From Psammoneis japonica (taxonomy: Eukaryota), in contig QPGO01000033.1 of the NCBI GenBank assembly GCA_008632985.1, forward strand, positions 310,001-374,000: 64,000 nucleotides of DNA. Direction: 5' to 3'. Position numbers and translations under genes: made by a program. Shown here piece after piece: positions 12,500 to 23,230 of the stretch (position 1 is its first letter; each line of letters opens with the position of its first letter). The notes under the pieces are model-generated. The model ran no database searches and was not told the origin of the DNA. It worked only from the letters and a program-made list of their open reading frames with translations.

Positions 12500-14160
12500 A
12501 GATGTCCTGAATGAGACATTCCTTTCCTTGCAGCAAATGACAGACCTGTCAACAGCAGGACAATCAGGGTCTTCAGTTGATGTGCATTGGGCCAAGGGCC
12601 ATCAAAACAATGAAATCCTTTGTGAGCATCTTTCCCCTCCAGCCAAACTGAGTGTTCAAGCTGACAAGTTGGTGAGCAGCCAGATGCCAAAGTTTGCACC
12701 TGGGGGATGCTCCATTGGCACGTTGCACATGCCTTCACTGCTCTGCAAACTTGGTCATCTAAGATCCATTGGCTGCATCAAAATGCAAGTTGGTGCTTCA
12801 GTTGTGTGAAGCCTCCAGTCTGGCCCTGTGGCAGTGTGTGAAAGAGAACAAGTGTGTGGCTGGTCAAATGAAATTCTTTTCAACTCAATTGATTGGTCTG
12901 CCTGCTCAAAATTGATGACCCACAGCATTTGCTGCAAAGTGAGCACAGTCAAGCATGTTCAAGATCTGCTGCCTGCAAACAAAATCATTTGCTCCTGTCA
13001 CAACCTCACTTGCCCTGACTGCTCCTGCATCCATGGCCAACATCCAATGGAGGATGTCAATCATGCACTTTTGGCACCCCCCAATGAAGCCAATGAGGTC
13101 CACTGTGAGTCTCTTCCCCTCCAGCCAAACTGAGTGTCCAAGCTGACAAATTGAGAAGTGGATGCCAAGGTTTGCACCTGGGGGATGCTCCATTGGCGTG
13201 CCTCACAAGCCTCACTGCTCTGCAAATTTGGTCATCCAAGACCCCTTGGTTGTGTCAAAATGCAAGTTGGTGCTTCAGTGTGAAGCTTCCAGTGCAGCCC
13301 TGTGACAGTGTGCAAAAGAGAAGTGTGGCTGGTCAGACAAAGTTTTTGACTCAATTGATTGTTCTGTTCACTTGAAGTTGATGTCCCCCAAAACATTTGC
13401 CGCAAGGTGAGCACAGCCAAGCTTGTTCAAGATCTGTTACCTGCAAACAAGATCATTTGCTCCTGTCACAACCTCACTTGCCCTGACTGCTCCTGCATCC
13501 ATGGTCAACATCCAATGGAGGACATCAATCATGCACCTTGGCACCCCCCCCAATGAAGCCTGGCACATGGAGTTTCTTCAAGGCTTGTGCAAGAAGCACA
13601 GCTGATGACGTTCACACTTTGCCATCCCCACACAACATCTTGCTCTTGCGCAGCCTTGAGTGCTGGCTTTGAGAGGAGATGCTCTGCTCTGACAATCTCC
13701 ATTGTGATGTTCTTGCCATGCTCAATTCTCAGGGCAGTGATGGTTGGCACCACATGTTCAGTGGACATTTTTCTTGTTCTTTTGAAATGAAACTCAGTGG
13801 CTGCATCTGCTGGCTGGCAGCTTGCATTCCACTCTCTTTTGACTGGCAATCAACAGCTGAGTTCTTGGGCCACTGTGATTGGCAGCTTCATTTGGTCTCA
13901 ATTGTGGGGCACTTTGTGGGGTTCACAGAACGACAACATTCATGGTGGAATGGCTCCAAAACAAGGAAGTCATTTCAACACAAGATGCTGAGGCAGAAGC
14001 CAAAGCAATTTGTTCCAGGGCTGACAACTGCTTTGCAAAGGACAGGCCTCATTTGTCAGATTCAGTTGGTGAGCACCTTGCTCATTTCATGCATTGATTG
14101 TGCATCTCTGGTGCACTGGCTGTGGCTGAACTTTTGTGCCAAGGTCAAGCATCTATGATG
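12500..14160 (+). mobile_element. Degenerate non-LTR retrotransposon ORF2 3' part (RNase H + C-terminal zinc-binding region), with internal duplication 12620-13100 / 13100-13560
   Basis: HWAKGHQ...ADKL; GWSNEILFNSIDW; KHVQDLLP...CPDC...ED.NH; SQ...GWHHMFSGHFS; IWSQLW..LWGSQNDNIHG. This motif order is typical of diatom LINE C-termini. Confidence 0.8.
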
Positions 14161-16799
14161 CTTGGTGATTTGCCAATGGAGACCAGTGTGCCATTGCAAG
14201 TTGTTTTGGCACCACATCACCCAGTGGCAATGCCAGTCATGGGCCATGGCCAGTTGTTGCATGCTCCTGCCACATGCTGTGCACTGGGGGTGTGGGCCGG
14301 CTTGTTGTCAGAGTTGCATGGTGGAAGTGCAGCAACACCTTTGCACCAAAACAGATTTTTGTTTTTTTTTTAAGGTGCATTTGAGAGCAACCATTTTTTG
14401 CCATTTTTTTTTTTCTAAATCTCTGCACTTTTCATTGTGTCAAGTGCTCACACCATTGAAAAATGAACGGTGTTTCAGCGTCATGTTCTTTTGCCCAAAA
14501 AGGGAAGCTGGTTTCACACATGTGTGCTGTTTGCACAGCAATTAGCTGCATCAAGATTGCCCTGTTTGTGGGAGCCTTCAGCAAGTTCCACAAGAGTGTG
14601 ATGCCACACCTGCTTGGAACAAAGCAAAATTGCTGTGCAACACTTGAGTGTGTTGCTCATGCACCACTTTGCAATCTTGGACCTGCTGCACTTCACACCC
14701 AGGTTTCTCAATGTCTTGGTGTGTGCACTCAAAGCTGATCACCAAGTCAACCTTTTGTTCACACCAACAAACTGTTTTGTGCTCACACTGGCTTGCCATG
14801 AAAAAAGAAGCATCATCAGCAACATCATAAAGTGCAGATGACCCACCACAAAAAATGCACCAATGCATCACAAAGACATGTGTTGTCTTCATCCAGTGTC
14901 AAGTCAACAGAGCCAAGTGTTGCAAAGAGCCCCGCACTTTGCAATCCGAGGAAAAGCAAAAAAAGAGGCACCACAAACTGTGGTCATGAGCAAAAAGCAA
15001 AAAAGCTTTTTTTGTGAGAAACTTTTTTGTGTGAGATCAACAACTTTTTGTTGTGAGCACCCATGAGGGCAGTGCCAGCAAAGTGGAGAGCAGTGCATGA
15101 CAGCATCAAAGCAAGAGTTGAAAAAGGCTTGACAATGATTGGCACACAGCAAGAACAGCAAGGGCAATCTGAGACAACACCTTTCCTCTCACACACACCA
15201 ACATGCCCTGGGCCTGCTGCGTCTTCTGACATGCACTTTGTTTGAGAGAATTTTCTCAAAGCACTGTGCACTGCAAACTGCAGGCTGCTGCAGCTTGTGG
15301 GAGAGGGGTTGGTGACTGGGCACACTTGTTTCTCATGCGTTGGTGCTGCATGGCAGCTGATGTGCTTTGTGCCATGAAAAACTTCACAGTTTCCTGCAAA
15401 CAGCACCCAGCTGCTCACTGCTCACTCCATGCCCACGCCAGTGTGTGGTGTGTGGTGTGTGTTCTTGCTTGTGGTGTGGTTGTTGGCACAGTTTTGACAA
15501 AGAGCATGGCAGAGCTCTGAGGTTGAGAGACCATGAGGCAAAGCATTTGGGGTTTGAATTTCACTGCTGAGAATGTTCCAAGAGTTGGCTTTCCCAATGG
15601 ATGGGTGGTCAGAGTGAGAGTCATCCACACTGTGCTGTGCTGCATGATGGCGCGGCATGAATGCAGCAGCACCGGTGTGGCAACTGCTTGCCACGATAAA
15701 TTTCAAGCCTTGTTTGAGGCAGCACGATTTTTTGTTTGTCTGCAATTCTGATTGACATTGAAATGTGACTTTCATCATTGAACAATGCACAAATGCTGTG
15801 TTTTAACACAAAATGAGTGTGACCACCAAAAAGATGCACATTTTGTTGACAGACTTTCCCCAACAAGATCTGTTGCCATTTTTCATTTTGCTTCATCTTT
15901 CCTCAGACATCTGTCTGCTGGTTTGAAAAGTGATGGTCCTCATTTTTGCTGCTTGGACAACAAAAGCAAAGTCTTCAGGAGCTGATTTTTGGTGTGATGA
16001 GAGAACGAAAGTGTGGGGCATGATGTTGCTGTTTTCGGGCACTCTCTCCTCTACTGCACCAACATGTTGTGAACCTTCTGAAATGCACTTTTGTGCACAA
16101 CACCCAACTTGGGATTTGTGGCACATTTCCCTCAAAAGATGGCACAGCTGAGTCCCTGCATCACTTGCAGTTGTCTCTGGATCTTTTTCCTTTGGCATCT
16201 CCAGCCTTGGTGGACACTGCTCAGGGGATGATGGTCATTGGCACCTCAGGTCTTTTGTCACTCCAGAAGCACCCATTTTTCCAACTCTTCCAGCCTCCAG
16301 TGAATTCTGTGCCTGGCTGCTGTGTTTGCCCAAGTGGGGGTCTTTGCCATTTGCTGATCTCACCTTGCACATTTCAGCTCTTTTTTTAAATTGTGGGTTC
16401 CTTGTGTTGTGTGCTCACATGCAACAGCAGGTGGTGATGGTGATGGTTCAGTTGTTCAATTTCAAGGCACTTTTGGTGAGACCCTTGCCATTCTCGATGA
16501 AGCTCTGACTGCTGATTGTGCTGGTCTGGTGTTTGGGTTCACACCCTTGTCTCATCATGCAGAGTCATGCAGCCTTCTTTCCTTTCTTGGTTTCTTTTTT
16601 GACTGATGGAATTTTGTGATTGGGTGTTTCCCCAAGAAGGCTTGGACTTGCACTGTGACAACTCATCTTTGGCCAGACATGTTTCTGACTTTCATGCCTT
16701 GCCTCAGCACCCCAAAGATGGGGAGTTGTCAGACAAGGATGACAGTGATCATCATCATCATCATGTTTTGCAAATGCACTTGCACCACAGAGTGGAGGA

Positions 16800-17600
16800 G
16801 ATGTCCTGAATGAGACATTCCTTTCCTTGCAGCAAATGACAGACCTGTCAACAGCAGGACAATCAGGGTCTTCAGTTGATGTGAATTGGGTGAAGGGCCA
16901 TCAAAACAATGAAATCCTTTGTGAGCATCTTTCCCCTCCAGCCAAACTGAGTGTTCACGCTGACAAGTTGGTGAGCAGCCAGATGCCAAAGTTTGCACCC
17001 GGGGGATGCTCCATTGGCATGTCGCACATGCCTTCACTGCTCTGCAAACTTGGTCATCTAAGATCCCTTGGTGGCTGCATCAAAATGCAAGTTGGTGCTT
17101 CAGTCGTGTGAAGCCTCCAGTCTGGCCCTGTGGCAGTGTGTGAAAGAGAACAAGTGTGTGGCTGGTCAAATGAAGTTTTCAACTCAATTGATTGGTCTGT
17201 CCACTCAAAATTGATGACCCACAGCATTTGCTGCAAAGTGAGCACAGTCAAGCGTGTTCAAGATCTGCTGCCTGCAAACAAGATCATTTGCTGTTGCAAC
17301 CCTGCTTGCCCCAACTGCTGCATCCACTGCCAATGTCCAATGGAGGACAGAAGAGAGACATCACACACTTTGGCGCCCCCTGCAATGAAGCTTGGCATCA
17401 GTGGCCTTGGGTGCTGGGTTTGAGATGATGTGCTCTGCTTGTCTGACAATCTTCATTGAGATGTTCTTGCTGTGTTCAATTCTTGTGAAAGTGCTGGTTG
17501 GCACCACACATTCAGTGGACGTTTTTCATCTTCTGGGAATGAAAATCAATGGCTGGTTGCATCTTCTGGTTGGTGGTTTGCACTTCACTCCCTTTTTGCT
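16800..17600 (+). mobile_element. Further degenerate copy of the LINE 3' region
   Basis: NWVKGHQ...ADKL, FNSIDW, DLLP...CPNC and GWHHTFSGRFS. Near-identical to 12500-12990 in its first half. Confidence 0.8.
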
Positions 17601-18169
17601 GGCAATCATTGGCTTCAGAGTGTGGTTGTTGATGCAAGACACACAAAAACATGGCTCGGTGCTTTTTGAGCATCAACATTCTTGCATGTGCTTGGCACTG
17701 CTGAGCACATGTGACATGTGAAAATGCATGGAAAACCTTGCAATTTGTCAAAAGGTTTCTCACCCAGAATGAAAACACATCTGGTGCTTGTTGTTGGAGG
17801 CAACTGCTGTGCTGCCATCTTTGCTGTCCATTCTTTGCACTGACATTGTTCAAAAAGAAGCCAGCCACAACAGAAGCACACCAACTTGCCAGCTTTTGCA
17901 CCATGCAATCAAACACAACAGTGTGAAAAGTGGAGGCTGCAGAGCTGCAATGTTTCACACAAGAACCGCCAGACATTGCTTGAAATGGGTCAGAGACAAT
18001 GCAACTGCAGGTTGCTGCTCTGAGCTTGGCACATGCAGCACCCTCAGCAGCAAGGGCAATTTGAGTTTTGTGAACTCGGTTCAGCCCATTTTGTTGCAGC
18101 ATGGGATGCTTTTGCTTTTGCTGCTCTGGTTGCCCCAGGTGTTGACCCATCATTCAAAGCGCAGCCAGC

Positions 18170-18765
18170 TCTCCAAAACTTTTTGCAAAGAGAGTTGCAA
18201 ATGGCTTGACAATGACTGACATGTGGCAACAGTGAGGGCAATTTGAGACAACACCTTTCCTCTTGCACACAACATGCCCTGCCTCTTCTGACATGCACTT
18301 TGGTTGAGGCAAGAATTTTCTCAAATCAGCGCACTCTTGCACTGCAAACAGGCGACTGCTGCAGCCTTGCGGGGGAGGTGTGAGCGATTGGACACAGTTG
18401 TTTCTCATGAATCCATGCTGCATGACAGCTTGTGTGCTTTGTGCCATGAAGAACATCAGCTTCCTGCAAATGGCACCCAGCTCACTCCACACCCCCGATG
18501 CCAGTGTGTGTGCGTGGTGTGAGTGTTCTTGCTGTGGCGTGGTGGCTGGTGCAGTTTTGGCAAAGAGCACGGCAGAGCTCTGAGGTTGAGAGACCACGAG
18601 GCAAAGCGTTTGGGTTTTAATTTCACTAAGAATGTTCCAAGAATTAGTTTCACAGTGGACGGGGGTGATCGGAGAGTCCGCATTGTGCTGCAAACAACGG
18701 CTTGCCACCGAGAATTTGAAACCTTGTTCGAGACGGCACGATCTTTTGTCTATCAACAACTCTGA
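18170..18765 (+). pseudogene. Eroded unknown ORF with nearly intact 3' end; more eroded paralog at ~15050-15751
   Basis: Frame ends ...GRALRLRDHEAKRLGFNFTKNVPRISF...FETLFETARSFVYQQL*. Upstream in-frame TGA stops. A homologous copy lies ~3 kb upstream. Confidence 0.5.
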
Positions 18766-18972
18766 TTAAAGTTAAAATAAGACTTTCATTTATTTAATAT
18801 TGCACGAATATTTTAATATAAAATGAATACGACACAATGCATTGTTTCGACATTTCGTCGGTTCTGTTTGAAATTTCTCGGCAACGGTCACAAACTAACG
18901 AAGGCCTCAATAATTTTCTCTTGGTCTTTCATCACAAATTCGTCTCGACAACAACCCGCACCACCTCTCACG

Positions 18973-19125
18973 ATGTCGACTCTCTCCAATTCAGCACCGA
19001 ATCTCACAAACAATGGTTCCACAACCAATGCTTCCGTTAAAAAGCAGCTATCGGCTCCCAGTATACGTCGACAGCCATTGGGGAGCTTGAACGTGAACGC
19101 ATCGAAAGGCGCACCATTGGCAACC
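18973..19125 (+). CDS. Possible first exon of an unknown protein with a D-box-like motif (RQPLGSLN)
   Basis: ATG at 18973, S/N-rich peptide, GTAAGT donor at 19126. Downstream exon not identified. Confidence 0.3.
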
Positions 19126-19566
19126 GTAAGTTCCGTGTGTCCTGTGTTCAAACGACTATTTTTACTGTTCTTCGAGTTTGCATGTTGTATTTTATGTCTC
19201 TGTTAAATGTTGGGTTCGCACGGCGATATTGAATTATCAACACTGAACTGTATTCAAAACGATGATATTTCTTCAAATGGTCAACGGATGCTATGTAGAC
19301 ATACGGTTGGTAATTTTTTTCATATCTTTCGAATTTTGAGTTCGATCTCGCCAACCACGGACAGTACAGGATTCCCACGGCATAGTTTCTACTATCGGAT
19401 TTTTGTACATTTCTTGCGCGGGAACGGGATTAGTTTTCCGTTCCACGAATCTTTCCCTCGCCAAATTTTTGAAGTGCTTCTTGATCGTGTTTGCACCTCT
19501 CCGCGTCTTTTTCCACTCACTTTCCCCATTTTGTTTCTCCCACCGATCGTGATACCTTTCATCAAA

Positions 19567-20052
19567 ATGACAACGTCCACGGCCCAAACCCTTCGCATAC
19601 TTTGGTGTTCCAACAATCGTGTTGCCGACGACTCTATATTATTGAAGAATACAAAGCCAAAGAAGAAGACGAGCAGCTCAAACGAGCCAGCAGTTTCGTC
19701 CGAGGTATCACTAGTAACAGTTTCAACCACGACCCCAGTGTCACTTGAAGAAGAGCCAGTCCCACAACGCGAATTATCCAGAAGCACACCAGACCTCTTT
19801 CGAGAGAACAATTATTCATCCTCATTACCAGATGAGTTGGAGGAGATGCTTACACTGAAGCGTGCAAGCCGAGTTTACGACAGCGACGATGAGGACGAAT
19901 CCCCCACCAAGCGTTTAAAGAGAGAAGTTGACGACGAAAGAGACGAGGGTAACGAGGAATCTAGACAATTTTCTCAATTGCTCGATTGGTGCGACCGTCT
20001 AGAGGACGATGATATTGACGGCTTCCGACTTGTTGTTCCATGGGTTGAATAA
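19567..20052 (+). CDS. Hypothetical acidic, low-complexity protein (161 aa)
   Basis: AAAATG start context, open frame, protein-like composition (LTLKRASRVYDSDDEDE). Confidence 0.6.
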   Translation: MTTSTAQTLRILWCSNNRVADDSILLKNTKPKKKTSSSNEPAVSSEVSLVTVSTTTPVSLEEEPVPQRELSRSTPDLFRENNYSSSLPDELEEMLTLKRASRVYDSDDEDESPTKRLKREVDDERDEGNEESRQFSQLLDWCDRLEDDDIDGFRLVVPWVE

Positions 20053-21821
20053 GGCCTGTTCAGTTTTGTTGACGCAAAGCACGATCGCAATCGTTTGTCG
20101 TGTATTACATTTATTCTTGACGTCTGGCGGTGAAATACTTTCAGTCGACGAGTCTTATAGAGGCTCCAGATCAGTCGTAGAGGTTGGTCTGGATAGATCC
20201 TTTCCTACATTTTACTATTCTCTTGGAAGACTAACGCATAACAACTACCGGTATTACAATATATTCTTTGAATTGCTGTACAGCCAGCCTATTGTAACAT
20301 ATATAGCATTCATCTAATCCGTCGAGACTCAAGAGTTGCCATGCATGCATTAAGGAACGCAAGGAAACCATAATAGGGCGGGCCCTCTAGACTAGAAGAT
20401 GTTCTTTCGTTTCATTCCCATGCATTGTCGGTCGGCATTCAAAATTTTAGCCTCCGCAACAACATGCCACAACAAAATATTTACATTCGATTCTGTATAT
20501 CATATGAATTTATCGAAAAATTTGGTTACCAAGACTCATACCGGTACCGTACGTTCAAGGATTTATAAGTCTGTCAGGATGTACAAGCTGCGTAGAACGC
20601 GTGTTGCCATGCGTGGTCAACAGCCTCTAAGTAATTTTGACGGTGCGAACTCCGCCGTTAAAGTATATAAATTTATGGATATTTTGTATATCCTCATTTT
20701 TTCAAGGGATCGCGCATCATTCATCAAGCACCACACACCATGATAATCGGAGCGCCGCTTATTAGACTATTGACGATCCTTTCAACAGTACCAACGCTAT
20801 CTACTAGTCTTTACCTCCATATAGAAACAGCTTATGTTGCTTTTTCGAAGGTAAGCGGCCAATTGTAAGGTGAAAAAAGGATTTTGTATTGACACCACGG
20901 TTCGAGACTCATTGTCGCTCTCTGTCGCAATCGAATTATATTGTGCTTTTGTTTCGGCATCTCACTCATTTTCTTTGACATGTTCGTCTTTATAACTCAT
21001 ATAGAGAAGCTGTTGAGCAACTTATCACGCCTACGGACGAACAATATCTCATAGTTTCGTGTCGGTGTCGACACCATTTCTTTTCAACTCATGTTCTTCC
21101 TTATATCGGAACGGGGCTGTGGTGTGTCCTACGCTCTCTTTTGGACTGAACCAAGCAAGCTACAGTTGATACTTTCACGAATAATGACAATTACAATGTG
21201 CAATGGGTTGGATATTGACGTCCATGACCTTGCCGAGTGCCGGTTAGTAGTACTCCCTCGTTCGGGGACCGAAAACTGGGGTAAATCTTGGTGGCGTGGA
21301 GACTCTGCGATTGGAATGCGAGCGAGCGGGCTGGAATCTCGTGCAGATAACTCTTAAGGCTGTGTGCCAAAGAAAGGTATGTTTACATTTAAAGCAGTAT
21401 TGATGCATCATGCATTTACAGTACCGGCATGACAAACAAACTAACAATGTCATTCTCCATCTCTATCTTTCCCATCTAGGTGGTGTCTTATTTTTGATTC
21501 TTGGCCAGTGATGAGGGGCAATGCATAAAATTTTAGTGCTTCTTTCGGGCTTCAAGTAATGGACAATGCTTTGGACGAGACGCTTGCATCGTGTGTTTTG
21601 CGTCACGCGTATCCTTGCCAGCGGGCGACCCCAAAGTGGATCATTAGCGTGAATCAGCGCTTGTCGAAACACATGACAATTTGGCAAACTACAGCAGCAT
21701 ACATCATCACTCATCGTTACAACAATCAATCAGTCATTGGGTTGATTGGCAATCGGCGGCAGATTTTAGAGCTACCATATTTGAAATTCCATTTTGTCTC
21801 TGTCTTCATCCACGGCCACCC

Positions 21822-21905
21822 ACCATCACATTTCGTGCCGTCTGTTATCCCCCCTCCATCACGTTTCGTGTGCCGTCTGTTTTCTCCCCTCCATCACGTT
21901 TCGTC
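21822..21905 (+). repeat. Short tandem repeat (~34 bp, ~2.5 copies; CCATCACRTTTCGTG core)
   Basis: Direct reading of the sequence. Confidence 0.8.
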
Positions 21906-22462
21906 TTCGAGGTATCTATGATATTTGTGCATGCATATTTATAAATGATAAGTTCGTCCCGTCAGAAGCCCTACGTAGACTGCCGTAAAACGCAGTACAA
22001 ATTTTAACGGTGTTCGTACCACGCATGGCAACAGGCTCGTGCGTAGATTTGTACCGGAGCTTGTACATCCTGACAGACTTATAAATCCTTGCGTACGTTG
22101 CTACGTCATTCTGTTGTCAGGGAATGCTTCCACTCGGCGGTGCGCCTCTCTCTACGGTACCGTACCATATGATAGAGAGAGTAGAGTAGAGAAGACGACT
22201 ACTATGGCAAAGAGAAGAGAGTATGAGGTCGGCGGCAAGTTCTGTGGTGAGTGTCAGCTTCTTGTTGTGTCTTCTGATTGGTTTGCGTTCTGGTTGGGTC
22301 GGGAAAAAATTAGAGCATTTCTTGAAGTTCATTGAAGAATGCACGTCTGAAACTCAGTCCCGCCTCATGTGAGTCGTCACACATGTATGGGCTGTGCTAC
22401 ATCTCTTTTCTCAAAAATCAGAAACGGTTTGAGAGTACAATCGCCGAGTGAAAAAATACCAA

Positions 22463-23146
22463 ATGAATACCCGAACAGAAACAAATAAGCACGTCGTTGA
22501 TGAATCCTCCAATCAAGACCACGGCGACAAGATTGTATACTTGATTCGTCATGCTGAATCTCAAGGTCAGGCGGCAAGAAGAAACGGACTAGATCGAATG
22601 CGTGATCCGTCATTGATTGACGCAGGACTCACACGAAAAGGTATTGGACAAGCCAAACAGATACCATTTTTGCTTCAAGACAGTGTCATGTCTTCTATAC
22701 AGCTGGTTCTCACGTCGCCATTGACCTGAGCAGTCCATACCGCTATGCTAGGATTTGGTCGCGACGACGACGACTGTTCAATTTTAGTCCACTACAGTCT
22801 TGGAGAGATTGGGCGTCGTCCTATTCCTGAAAATGTACCTCGACCAATGCATAATGTATTGCGGGATCTTTCTTATTTGCAAAATGTTGACAAAGTCGAC
22901 TACAAGAGTCTTCAGCCGCCAAATTGGCCACCACAAGAGACCATCAGCGATGGCGCATCGTGTAAACAAAATGTACATGATTTCCTGGCGTGGTTGGCTA
23001 ACGAAAGAGAAGAAAGGGTGGTTGCGGTTGTTTGTCACTTTAACGTGATTCAAGCTGCACTAGGTCCCGGAACTAGAGCATTGAATGCGGCACCGATAGT
23101 CTGCCTACTCAAAAGCGATGGAACTATTCACGCTATTGAGTCATGA
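22463..23146 (+). pseudogene. Histidine phosphatase (phosphoglycerate mutase family) with in-frame TGA at 22727-22729
   Basis: LIRHAES, D..LT.KG..QA, SPLT*A (expected SPLxRA) and VVCH..VI. The two listed ORFs are in the same frame, separated only by the TGA. Confidence 0.8.
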
Positions 23147-23230
23147 GCTTCGGAAGCAATAAGCCAAATAATATTAAACACAGTATTTAATGTTATGAAA
23201 CGACACACATAACTATTCCAACTTCAACAA

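Larger units (their letters stand above)
10470..18700. repeat. Second hypermutated block: tandemly duplicated composite unit with LINE 3' ends
   Basis: About two dozen TA in ~8 kb by eye. Internal duplications: 11030-12120 ~ 15890-16990, 12125-13000 ~ 16428-17295, and 15050-15830 ~ 18170-18830. Confidence 0.9.

Noticed and set aside
12424..12514. Poly-His, poly-Met or poly-Asp peptides
   Set aside because: These are translations of a (CAT)n microsatellite in eroded DNA.
1..18700. Dozens of overlapping C/H/Q/W-rich ORFs in all six frames
   Set aside because: Loss of TA removes TAA/TAG stops and Tyr codons, which inflates spurious ORFs. They are not genes, except where TE motifs are noted.
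1..18700. Alternative genetic code or selenoprotein cluster (nearly all stops are TGA)
   Set aside because: Explained by TA depletion plus CGA->TGA changes. Neighbouring intact genes use TAA, TAG and TGA normally.
1..18700. Classical fungal RIP
   Set aside because: RIP (CpA->TpA) enriches TpA and depletes CpA; the opposite is seen here.
21822..21905. CRISPR-like short repeats
   Set aside because: Only ~2.5 adjacent copies, no unique spacers, no cas genes, eukaryotic context.
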